NCBI GenBank assembly: GCA_021783915.1
Contig: JAJXTI010000001.1
Span: 1,540-65,539, forward strand
Reading direction: 5' to 3'
Length of the DNA stretch: 64,000 nt
Source of the DNA: a bacterium
Lineage (GTDB): Bacteria; Omnitrophota; Gorgyraeia; Zapsychrales; Fredricksoniimonadaceae
The notes under the pieces were generated by a model. That model had not been told where the DNA came from and did not search any database. It saw only the letters and a list, made by a program, of their open reading frames with translations. How positions within the stretch are numbered: position 1 is the first letter of the stretch; the number at the start of each line of letters is the position of its first letter. A program made the translations under genes and the position numbers. This document shows, one piece after another, positions 9,242 to 18,082 of the stretch.

Positions 9242-11766
9242 TGGAACTTAAAGAATACCAACAGCGGACATTAAAAGAAATACGGGGCTACCTTGAAAGC
9301 CTTTATAAGTGGTCTGTTAAAAACCAACAGGTTATAAAGGCCGCGGGCTCGGACGCCACCCTTGATTTTCCTTTAAAAGCCTGGGCTGAAACGGTCAAGA
9401 CAAGTTACCGTTCAAGACAAAACGGCCTTGGGCATTACCTCCCTAACTTTTGTCTCAAAATACCTACTGGCGGCGGGAAGACTCTCCTTGCTGTAAAGAC
9501 CATTGATATTATCAATACTGTTTATCGCAAAAAACAAACTGGCCTGGTTCTTTGGGTAGTGCCAAGCAACCAAATCTATAATCAAACCCTAAAAAGTTTA
9601 CGTAACAGGGAACACCCCTACCGCCAGCATTTAGACATTGCCAGCGGTGGACGCACTTCAATCATTGAAAAAATGGATCGTTTTACCCCGCTGGATATTA
9701 AAGAAAATCTGGTTATTTTGCTTTTAATGCTTCCCTCTGCATCCAGGCAAAACAAAGAGACCTTAAAAGTATTTAAGGACAACGGCGGCTTCCAAAATTT
9801 CTTCCCCAGTGAAGATGATGTTGAAGGTAATAAAAAATTGTTGGAAGCCTTCCCGAATCTTGACACCTTTGGCAAAGACAACAGCTTCTTCGGAAGACAG
9901 GTAAAAACCTCTTTGGGCAACACTCTACGGATATTGTCCCCCATCATTATTCTTGATGAAGGGCATAAAGCCTATAGTGATACCGCACAAAAAACCCTGC
10001 GAGGCTTCAACCCCTCCATCATTATTGAGCTGTCTGCCACTCCTAACAAAGAGAGCAATATTCTCGTTGATATTAAAGGCGTCGAATTAGCCCGTGAAGA
10101 AATGATTAAACTTGACCTTCATGTCATCAATAAAGCCAGCTTGGATTGGAAAGATACCATGCTGGCAAGCATTGAGAAACGAAATTTACTTGAAGAAAAG
10201 ACCAAAGACTATCTTGGTTTTACTGGCGAATACATACGGCCTATCTGCTTGATACAGGTTGAACGCACGGGGAAAGACCAAAGAAGCGGGCGATTCATCC
10301 ATGCCGAGGACGTGTTTGATTATCTCGAAAAAGTTTGTGGTATTCCAAAGGAACAAATCGCAATCAAAACAAGCGAAAAAGACGACATTGAGGGGATTAA
10401 CCTTCTATCGCCTTCCTGCCCTATTCGATATATCATCACCAAACAAGCCTTGCAAGAAGGCTGGGACTGTTCTTTTGCCTATGTTTTAACGATACTGACA
10501 AATCCCTCCTCAAAAAATAATTTGACCCAGCTTGTAGGCCGCATTTTAAGACAGCCCTTTGCAAGAAAGACAAAAATTCAAGACCTCGATGAAAGCTATG
10601 TTGTCTGCTTTCAACAAAAAAGCACCCTTGTTTTAAAAAGCATCAAGGAAGGCTTTGAAGATGAAGGCTTGGGCGATTTAACAGGAATGATTATAAGCGA
10701 CTCCTCTGAATCTGGAACTCCACTTGAAGGGGATCGGATTGTTAATATCCGAGATGATTTTAAGAAGCTGGCAGGACAAATATTCTTGCCCGTATTTGTT
10801 TTGAAAGACTTTAAGACATGGCGAAAAGTAAGCTATGAATCCGATATTGTGAGTTTAATTGATTGGGACAAGGCGGACTTCTCCCCTCTTTATAAACTTC
10901 CCTTGTCCTATATTGAAGATCGGGACATCGAAATTGCCGTTGGATTAAGCGACGATGACGATGAGGTCATCCAAAAGCACGGCACTCGCAAACTCAAAGA
11001 AGGCGGGCTGACCCTTGACCTTGTCTTTATTACCCGTCATTTAACTGACATCATCCCTAATCCGTGGGTATCATTTGAAATAGTCCAAAAAATATTTAAA
11101 GAAATAATCAAAAGAAATGACGCTAAAAAGGTCATCAACAACCTTGTCTTTCTTATCGAAGAACTCCGCAAACACGCTGAATCGGAAAAAGACCGTCTCT
11201 CCCAGGAAATATTCATCAATTTAATCGCCAAGAAAGAAATGCGGTTCTTGATTTTAAGAGAATCTGGTGATTACCGTTTGCCCAGCAAAATCAAGGTCAA
11301 GCGTTCCAGCAAAACATTGACGCAAAAAGACGGCCAGCCCCTTCAATACAGCCTCTTTGATTTTGTCCCAGAGGAAAACTTTAATGACGCTGAAAAAGAT
11401 GTGGCCTGGTATCTCGAAGACCAAGAACGGCTCTTGTGGTGGTATCGAAACATCTCCAGGCAGGATTATTCAATACAAGGATGGAAACGCCATAAAGTCT
11501 ACCCTGACTTTATCTTCTCTGACGTTAGAAATAGGGAAAAAGTCGAGTACGACAAAGTTTTTGTTGTTGAAACAAAAGGCATTCATCTTAAAAACAACGA
11601 TGACAGCAACTATAAAAAAGACCTTTTCGCATGGTGTAACAAACTTGCCGAAGAAAAAAGTTGGACGGAACTTGGGCTTTCTTTTCCCGAGAAGAAAATT
11701 ATCTTTGAAGTTATTTCCGAAGACGAGTGGCAAAAAAAGATCAACCAAATATTCTTAGCCAAATGA
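9241..11766 (+). CDS. Type III restriction endonuclease/helicase (Res)
   Basis: TGGGKT, DEGH, SAT, EGWD, QLVGRILR helicase motifs; C-terminal YPDF..VETKG nuclease. Confidence 0.9.
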   Translation: MELKEYQQRTLKEIRGYLESLYKWSVKNQQVIKAAGSDATLDFPLKAWAETVKTSYRSRQNGLGHYLPNFCLKIPTGGGKTLLAVKTIDIINTVYRKKQTGLVLWVVPSNQIYNQTLKSLRNREHPYRQHLDIASGGRTSIIEKMDRFTPLDIKENLVILLLMLPSASRQNKETLKVFKDNGGFQNFFPSEDDVEGNKKLLEAFPNLDTFGKDNSFFGRQVKTSLGNTLRILSPIIILDEGHKAYSDTAQKTLRGFNPSIIIELSATPNKESNILVDIKGVELAREEMIKLDLHVINKASLDWKDTMLASIEKRNLLEEKTKDYLGFTGEYIRPICLIQVERTGKDQRSGRFIHAEDVFDYLEKVCGIPKEQIAIKTSEKDDIEGINLLSPSCPIRYIITKQALQEGWDCSFAYVLTILTNPSSKNNLTQLVGRILRQPFARKTKIQDLDESYVVCFQQKSTLVLKSIKEGFEDEGLGDLTGMIISDSSESGTPLEGDRIVNIRDDFKKLAGQIFLPVFVLKDFKTWRKVSYESDIVSLIDWDKADFSPLYKLPLSYIEDRDIEIAVGLSDDDDEVIQKHGTRKLKEGGLTLDLVFITRHLTDIIPNPWVSFEIVQKIFKEIIKRNDAKKVINNLVFLIEELRKHAESEKDRLSQEIFINLIAKKEMRFLILRESGDYRLPSKIKVKRSSKTLTQKDGQPLQYSLFDFVPEENFNDAEKDVAWYLEDQERLLWWYRNISRQDYSIQGWKRHKVYPDFIFSDVRNREKVEYDKVFVVETKGIHLKNNDDSNYKKDLFAWCNKLAEEKSWTELGLSFPEKKIIFEVISEDEWQKKINQIFLAK

Positions 11767-13325
11767 CACCTTCTGCCCTTCTATACGTGCGAGTATCCAG
11801 CAAAGACCAGGAAAAAGAAGGCTGGTCTTTGGATGCCCAGGAAAAACTGGGCTATGAATACGCCAAGCGCAAAGGCTTTAATATTGTCAAAATGTGGAAG
11901 GTGTCGGAATCTGCCTGGCGCAAGGAACGAGTTGCCTTCAATCAAATGGTGGAATATGCCAAGAACCATGACGAGATTAAGCATATTATCTTTGACGTAT
12001 TAGACCGCATGACCCGCAACGACTTTGATAAACTCAAAATCGTCACCCTCGTCAAAGAATACGGAAAGAATATCCACTTTTCCCGAAGCAACAAGATTTT
12101 CAACCGTGAATCAAGCACGGATGACGAATTTATGTTTGATATTGAGGTTGCCGTTGCCAAAAAGCAATCCAATGACATTTCCCGCAAAACTCAAATGGGC
12201 ATGGTTGAGAAAGCCGAGCAGGGCTTCTTCCCTGCCACCGCCCCGCTTGGCTATAAGAATAACCGAGAGAAAAAACTACTCGAACTAAACCCTGACCAGG
12301 CGGCCAGCATTAAAAAAGCCTTTGAATTGATGTCTACGGGAAAATATTCCCTCGATATGATTAGAGAAATTCCTGAAGTAAAGGGACTTAAAACTAACCG
12401 AAGCAACAAAGTTAATAAAAGTACCCTTTCCTATGTGCTAAACAACCCTTTCTATTATGGCCTCTTCCAATGGAAAGGAAAAATTTACCAAGGCAATCAT
12501 GAACCTTTAATCTCAAAAGAGCTTTTTGACCGCACCCAACAGGTCTTAAACGGAAAATTTCATACCCGCAAGAGTAAAAAGGGGTTTGCCTTTAATAATC
12601 TTCTGGTGTGCGGGGAGTGTAGCTGTAAGGTTCTGGGAGAGGAAAAGCGCAAGCCCAATAATCTCCACTATGTTTATTACCATTGTACTTTTTCAAAGGG
12701 CAGACACAACGGCAAAGGCTATATTCCTGAAACCCGTCTTGCCCAACTTTTTGAAAAACCCGTTATGGATGTTGTCTTGCCAGCAGAGATGTCTGACTGG
12801 ATTAAAGAAGGGCTTGGACATGACCGTAAAAACCTATCAGAAACGCACGAGAACCGCCTTAAATCGCTTCAAAGCCAACACAGTAAGGTCAATGACCGAT
12901 TAAACCGTCTTTACGACGATAGATTTGACGGTAAGGTGGATGATGAGGTCTTTAAAACAAAGGAAACTGAATACAAGGCGTTGTTGCTTGAGATAAAGGG
13001 CGAGATTGAAAAGGCCAAGAAAGTAAATCCAAACTTCTATGAAGACGGGCTTGCAACCCTCGAACTCCCGAACCTGTATATTTCCCAATATGATAAAGCA
13101 AGCTATCCAAACAAGGCCGTCATACTCAAAAAATTAGCCTCGAACTACACCCTAAATGACGTAACTATAACTGCCGCATATAGACAACCCTTCATCTTCT
13201 TAGCGAAAATGAAGGGTTGTCCAAACTGGTTGCCCCGTCTGGACTCGAACCAGAATACTGAGATCCAGAGTCTCATGTCCTACCAATTAGACGACAGGGC
13301 AAGTAAAACAAAAAACCGCCATTAA
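11763..13325 (+). CDS. Large serine recombinase (resolvase + recombinase + zinc ribbon/coiled coil); 3' end runs antisense through tRNA-Gln
   Basis: YVRVSS catalytic Ser, DRMTR, APLGY, HEPLIS, CGEC..YHC; ATG 11763 overlaps the Res stop. Confidence 0.92.
   Translation: MTPSALLYVRVSSKDQEKEGWSLDAQEKLGYEYAKRKGFNIVKMWKVSESAWRKERVAFNQMVEYAKNHDEIKHIIFDVLDRMTRNDFDKLKIVTLVKEYGKNIHFSRSNKIFNRESSTDDEFMFDIEVAVAKKQSNDISRKTQMGMVEKAEQGFFPATAPLGYKNNREKKLLELNPDQAASIKKAFELMSTGKYSLDMIREIPEVKGLKTNRSNKVNKSTLSYVLNNPFYYGLFQWKGKIYQGNHEPLISKELFDRTQQVLNGKFHTRKSKKGFAFNNLLVCGECSCKVLGEEKRKPNNLHYVYYHCTFSKGRHNGKGYIPETRLAQLFEKPVMDVVLPAEMSDWIKEGLGHDRKNLSETHENRLKSLQSQHSKVNDRLNRLYDDRFDGKVDDEVFKTKETEYKALLLEIKGEIEKAKKVNPNFYEDGLATLELPNLYISQYDKASYPNKAVILKKLASNYTLNDVTITAAYRQPFIFLAKMKGCPNWLPRLDSNQNTEIQSLMSYQLDDRASKTKNRH
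13227..13301 (-). tRNA. tRNA-Gln (CTG)
   Basis: Cloverleaf TGCCCTG..TGAGA-CTCTGGA-TCTCA..GGTTCGAGTCC..CGGGGCA-A-CCA. Confidence 0.95.
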
Positions 13326-13367
13326 GCTAAAAGCTTAGCAACGGTTCTTAAAAAGTCAATACTTGCT

Positions 13368-13559
13368 TTACCACAAATTTCTTTTGATCCAACCATCAAC
13401 GCTGGCCAGCGCGCTGTCCGATGACGCCGTCTGACTGGATTGTGTTTTGGATATTGAAAACTCACTCTTGTCATTAACTGTTTGATCAACGGCATACTTG
13501 GCTGTTTCACAGCCGGTCAATGTTAGAACGGTTACGGCTAATATCAGCGCTTTCTTCAT
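13368..13559 (-). CDS. Small lipoprotein
   Basis: MKKALILAVTVLTLTGC lipobox. Confidence 0.75.
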   Translation of the reverse strand: MKKALILAVTVLTLTGCETAKYAVDQTVNDKSEFSISKTQSSQTASSDSALASVDGWIKRNLW

Positions 13560-13597
13560 AAATTTCCCCTTTTCCCTGGAATGTCCTTCGGCTCTCA

Positions 13598-14875
13598 CTA
13601 ACGGTTAAAGCATTCTTGTAAACGGGAGATCGTTTTGTTCTGGCCAAGGACAACCATAGTTTCAAACAGCCCCGGCCCTACAGCGCGTCCAGTCAAGGCC
13701 ACTCTGACCGGGTGGACCAGGTCTCCGGCCGTTATCCCCAGTTGCTCTACAATCCGCCGGAACACCTCTTCGGTGGATTTTACATTAAACTCTTTGATTT
13801 CTCTCAACGCCTGCGCCAAGAGATGGAATTCCTTGGACTTGTCTTGGGACAAGTGCTTCTCTTTCGATTCCGGATCAAATTGAACCTTGTCGGTAAAAAT
13901 GAAATCTGTCCACTCCAAGAAATCCGTTAATGTCGCCATTCGGCCTTTAAACAATTGTACAATATTTTCCAATGCTTTGCCATCAGGGAATGTGTTTCCA
14001 GGATACTTTTCTTTTAAAAAATGGACCAGCAGTTGCGCCAGTCTGGCCGTGTCCATCTCTTTGATATATTGGCCATTGAGCCATCTGAGCTTATCCAACG
14101 CAAAAACAGCCCCCGCTTTATTGATCTTTTTAATGGAAAAATTCTTGACCGCTGAGGCAAAGGCTATCTTTTCCTGGTTATTGCCCGGGGACCAGCCTAA
14201 CAGCATCAAATAATTGACCACCGCCTCGGGCAAAAAACCCTGCCGACGATAATCGGAAACCGCCACTGCCCCGGCACGCTTGGACATACGCGCGCGCTCA
14301 TAATCAAGAATCAAAGGCAAATGGGCGAATTTAGGGGGCCTAAACCCTAAGGCTTCATAAATAACAATTTGTTTAGGAGTGTTGGAAATATGGTCTTCCC
14401 CTCGTATGACACAAGAGATTTCCATAAGGGCGTCATCAATGACACACGCAAAGCTGTACGTAGGTGACCCGTCGGATTTCATCAAGACCTGATCTTTGAT
14501 CTCTTTCGTATCCACGCTTATTTCATCACGGATAAGGTCATAAATCTTAATCTGCTTTTGCGGCATTTTAAGAATGACCGCCTCACCCTCTCTGTAGGCC
14601 TTGCCTTCATCCAGGAGTTTTTGCGCGTATTGACGGTATAAATCAAAACGGTCGCTCTGTTTATAAAATTCATCCCAATGAAAACCCAACCATTGCATGC
14701 TGTCCAGGATTTCATCGAGATATTCTTTTTTGGAACGGACTTTATCTGTGTCCTCAATGCGAAGGACAAATTTCCCTCCCAGGGCCTTGGCATACATCCA
14801 GTTAAACAAGGCGGTACGGGCTCCTCCTATGTGTAAATACCCCGTTGGAGACGGAGCAAAACGGACTCGGACCAT
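13598..14875 (-). CDS. gltX: Glutamate--tRNA ligase
   Basis: RFAPSPTG, HIGG, RMSKR. Confidence 0.97.
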   Translation of the reverse strand: MVRVRFAPSPTGYLHIGGARTALFNWMYAKALGGKFVLRIEDTDKVRSKKEYLDEILDSMQWLGFHWDEFYKQSDRFDLYRQYAQKLLDEGKAYREGEAVILKMPQKQIKIYDLIRDEISVDTKEIKDQVLMKSDGSPTYSFACVIDDALMEISCVIRGEDHISNTPKQIVIYEALGFRPPKFAHLPLILDYERARMSKRAGAVAVSDYRRQGFLPEAVVNYLMLLGWSPGNNQEKIAFASAVKNFSIKKINKAGAVFALDKLRWLNGQYIKEMDTARLAQLLVHFLKEKYPGNTFPDGKALENIVQLFKGRMATLTDFLEWTDFIFTDKVQFDPESKEKHLSQDKSKEFHLLAQALREIKEFNVKSTEEVFRRIVEQLGITAGDLVHPVRVALTGRAVGPGLFETMVVLGQNKTISRLQECFNR

Positions 14876-14876
14876 T

Positions 14877-15242
14877 TTAATTATTGTTTTCTTGGGTTAA
14901 AAGCCTGTCAACTAATCCTTTAAGGTAGGCCACTTTAAATTCTTCAAGTCCCTCAAAAGCCAGGGCGACAGAATAAGATCTTCTGGGGTCATCGGGGTTT
15001 TGTGGCCTTTCCTGACAACGCAAAACGATGCCGTTGCATTCAAAAGAATCGTTTCTAGAAAAATCAATCCTGATTTCAACCTTGGCCCCTATCATTAAAC
15101 TTTGATCTAATTGCACCGAAAGCCCCCCTGCCCCGATGTTGGCTGTATTAGCTAATATGGTGCCAAACTTGCTGCCTTGCCAAATCGTCAAAAAACATGG
15201 GTAGTTGGCCCTGGGAAATTTTCGTTTGTTCTGGTCTGACAT
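14877..15242 (-). CDS. PilZ domain protein
   Basis: KRKFPR and NIGAGG motifs. Confidence 0.85.
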   Translation of the reverse strand: MSDQNKRKFPRANYPCFLTIWQGSKFGTILANTANIGAGGLSVQLDQSLMIGAKVEIRIDFSRNDSFECNGIVLRCQERPQNPDDPRRSYSVALAFEGLEEFKVAYLKGLVDRLLTQENNN

Positions 15243-15244
15243 AA

Positions 15245-15637
15245 CTAATACAAGGCCTTCAAAACAGTGGCACCGTTTTTGATGATCCTGTCTATGGTTG
15301 TTTTTAGGTGATCTTTGTGCTGCTGGTCCAAGTTGACAAATTCAATGCCCACATCATAAAACATGGGCTTAATGGTCTCCCTCGATTGTCTTCGGACGAC
15401 CCAAACGACCTTGCCTGCCGCCTTAACATGCTCTCCTGTATCTAACAAATCTATTTCCAATTCAACGTCACTGAAAAGATTGACTTCTTGTTTAATAATA
15501 ACACACGCTCCGCCGATCCCTATGTTCTCCGTGTGTGTCAGGAGGTTCTTTGCTCTCCCAGTCTTGGATAAAAGTTTTATCAAACACGGATAAACTACTC
15601 TTGGAAATCTGCGACGATTCAACCCGTCCCAAATCAT
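15245..15637 (-). CDS. PilZ domain protein
   Basis: RRRFPR, NIGIGG, GKVVWV..VGIEF. Confidence 0.88.
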   Translation of the reverse strand: MIWDGLNRRRFPRVVYPCLIKLLSKTGRAKNLLTHTENIGIGGACVIIKQEVNLFSDVELEIDLLDTGEHVKAAGKVVWVVRRQSRETIKPMFYDVGIEFVNLDQQHKDHLKTTIDRIIKNGATVLKALY

Positions 15638-15641
15638 AGCT

Positions 15642-16421
15642 TTACCCTTGTTGTAGGCGCAAGATACGACCGGCCCGCCCAGTTTTTTCGTCTATATGAA
15701 TGACCGCCCCGCACAATTTTACATCGGCCTCAGCCACTTCAAATTTCTGAGGGAGGCTTGTCAGAAAACGTTTCAAAATTTTTTCCTTGTTCTGTCCAAT
15801 GACAGAATCGTATGGCCCGCTCATGCCTAAATCCGTAATATAGGCCGTCCCCTTGGGCAGGATTCTTTCATCCGCTGTTTGAATATGGGTATGGGTGCCC
15901 ACGACAGCTGAAAGTCTTCCATCGGCATAATGCCCCATAGCGACCTTTTCACTGGTGGTCTCTGCGTGCATATCCAAGACTATAACTGGTGCCAAAGAAG
16001 AAAGTTCTTTAAGGATTTCATCTAACGTCCTGAAAGGACAATTGATATTATAACGCATAAAGGTTCGTCCCAAAAGGTTTATTACACCAACCTTGATGCC
16101 CTTGGAGGACTCCACCACCGTCCAACCACGCCCCGGCGCGCCATGGGGAAAATTGGCGGGCCGTATGATACGCTGGTCTTCGTCCAAATAACGATTGATT
16201 TCACCTTTGTCCCAGACATGGTCGCCTAAAGTAATGGCGTCGACCCCTGCTGCAAAGATTTCATCGGCCTGCCTCGGTAATATCCCGCTGCCGCCAGCCG
16301 CATTTTCACCATTGGCTATAACAAAATCGATGGAATGTTCTTGCTTAACGGCAGCCAACTCCTTAGCTAAAATTTCACGCCCAGGACGACCGACAATATC
16401 ACCAATACATAATATGTTCAT
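15642..16421 (-). CDS. ymdB: YmdB-like metallophosphoesterase (TIGR00282)
   Basis: GDIVG, NGEN, GTHTH motifs; follows rny. Confidence 0.92.
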   Translation of the reverse strand: MNILCIGDIVGRPGREILAKELAAVKQEHSIDFVIANGENAAGGSGILPRQADEIFAAGVDAITLGDHVWDKGEINRYLDEDQRIIRPANFPHGAPGRGWTVVESSKGIKVGVINLLGRTFMRYNINCPFRTLDEILKELSSLAPVIVLDMHAETTSEKVAMGHYADGRLSAVVGTHTHIQTADERILPKGTAYITDLGMSGPYDSVIGQNKEKILKRFLTSLPQKFEVAEADVKLCGAVIHIDEKTGRAGRILRLQQG

Positions 16422-16430
16422 ACCTTCCCC

Positions 16431-16458
16431 GTAAGGGGCGATTAATCCTCGCCCCTAC
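16431..16458 (-). repeat. GTAG-type REP-like palindrome
   Basis: GTAGGGGCG-AGGATTAAT-CGCCCCTTAC on the minus strand, overlapping the rny stop codon. Confidence 0.5.
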
Positions 16459-18020
16459 TTTGCAAACTCGATGGCCCTGGTCTCCCGGACAACCATCACT
16501 TTGATGTGTCCGGGGTATTCCATCTCTTCTTCAATCCGCTTTCTAATGTCACGGGCCATAACAATGGCCTCATCATCATTGATTTTGTCCGGCATCACCA
16601 CCACGCGAATCTCCCGTCCAGCCTGGAGGGCGTAAGATTTCTCAACGCCTTTAAAAGAGTTGGATATCTTTTCCAAGTTCTCCAAACGTTTCATATAAGT
16701 TTCCATGCTTTCGGCGCGCGCGCCGGGACGCGCGGCGGAAATCGCGTCCGCCGCAGAAACTAAGATCCCATAAAGAGTGTTCATTTCAACTTCGCCGTGG
16801 TGGCTTTCGACCGCGTAGGAAACGTCCTCACTCTCACCGTACTTACGGCAAAGCCTCGCGCCAACAATGGCATGCGTCCCTTCTTCTACGTCCGAAGAGA
16901 CCACTTTACCTATATCATGCAGAAGTCCTGCGCGTTTGGCGGTCTTTACATCCACCCCCAACTGATGGGCCATGATTCCCATGATTTTGGCCACTTCTAT
17001 CGAGTGGTTCAATCCGTTTTGACCAAATGATGTGCGGTAACGCAATTTACCTATAAGTTTAATAAGTTCCGGGTGCATCCCATGAATGGCCAACTCCATG
17101 ACCGCCCGATCTCCTTCTTCCTTAATCTTTTTATCCAGATCTTCTTTGGCCTTGTCAACCACTTCTTCTATGCGTCCAGGATGAATTCGCCCGTCTCCTA
17201 TTAATTGTTCAATGGCCATACGCGCGATTTCACGGCGCATCATATCAAATCCGGAAATCGTCACGGCCTCCGGAGTGTCATCAATTATGATGTCTACCCC
17301 TGTTGCCTGTTCCAGGGCGCGAATATTCCGTCCTTCCCGGCCGATAATACGCCCTTTCATCTCGTCTGAGGGAAGAGGGACAACTGATATCGTTGTCTCC
17401 GCCGTATGGTCGGAAGCGCAGCGTTGGATCGCTATCGTGATGACTTCCCTTGCTTTTTTGTCCGCTGTATCTTTAACTTCTTCGTTCATATGGCGGATGC
17501 GAGTGGCCTTCTCCGTGGCTAATTCATCTTCGATTCGGGCCAGCAAAATTTTCTTGGCCTCCTCGCTTGACAGATTGGCCACAGCCTGCAGCCTCTGTTT
17601 TTCTTCTGCCAAAACTTTAATGAGTTCTTCTGTTTTTTCTTTTATCCTGACCTCCGCTTCGCGCAGGGCATCTAAACGGATGGACAAATCTTTTTCTTTT
17701 TTCTCCAATAAATCAACGCGTTTATCCAAATTTTCTTCGCGTGTTACAATACGTTTCTCGGTGTTGGCAAGCTCTTCGCGACGCTCCTTGGTCTGGGCCT
17801 CAAACTCCTGACGCATCTTAAGAAGGACATCCTTGGCTTGAAGTTCAGCTTCTTTACGGATGGTCTCAGCTTCCCGTTTGGCCAATTCACGGGTATCCGC
17901 AGCGTCTGTCTGCGCCTCTTTATATCTTTTGGAAGTCAAAAAATTATTTAAAAAGAACCCCGCAATAACACAACCAATCCCAGCAAAAATAAAAATGAAC
18001 AATCCTCCTAGGTTCCCCAT
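16455..18020 (-). CDS. rny: Ribonuclease Y
   Basis: N-terminal TM, coiled coil, KH domain (KGRIIGREGRNIR), HD motif (LLHDIGK). Confidence 0.97.
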   Translation of the reverse strand: MGNLGGLFIFIFAGIGCVIAGFFLNNFLTSKRYKEAQTDAADTRELAKREAETIRKEAELQAKDVLLKMRQEFEAQTKERREELANTEKRIVTREENLDKRVDLLEKKEKDLSIRLDALREAEVRIKEKTEELIKVLAEEKQRLQAVANLSSEEAKKILLARIEDELATEKATRIRHMNEEVKDTADKKAREVITIAIQRCASDHTAETTISVVPLPSDEMKGRIIGREGRNIRALEQATGVDIIIDDTPEAVTISGFDMMRREIARMAIEQLIGDGRIHPGRIEEVVDKAKEDLDKKIKEEGDRAVMELAIHGMHPELIKLIGKLRYRTSFGQNGLNHSIEVAKIMGIMAHQLGVDVKTAKRAGLLHDIGKVVSSDVEEGTHAIVGARLCRKYGESEDVSYAVESHHGEVEMNTLYGILVSAADAISAARPGARAESMETYMKRLENLEKISNSFKGVEKSYALQAGREIRVVVMPDKINDDEAIVMARDIRKRIEEEMEYPGHIKVMVVRETRAIEFAK

Positions 18021-18082
18021 GGTAATACCCCTTTCCTTCATCTATGTGATCTGCGGGAGAAGTCCTGCTTATCAAGCAGGGT

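Larger units (their letters stand above)
4044..13235. mobile_element. Integrative element / defence island inserted at the tRNA-Gln(CTG) 3' end
   Basis: Core GTTGCCC at 4044-4050 and 13229-13235 (extended similarity GTTGCCCtatTTGGAC vs GTTGCCCcgtCTGGAC, 13/16); carries tyrosine and serine recombinases and type III R-M; genes oriented opposite to the host flanks. Confidence 0.85.
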
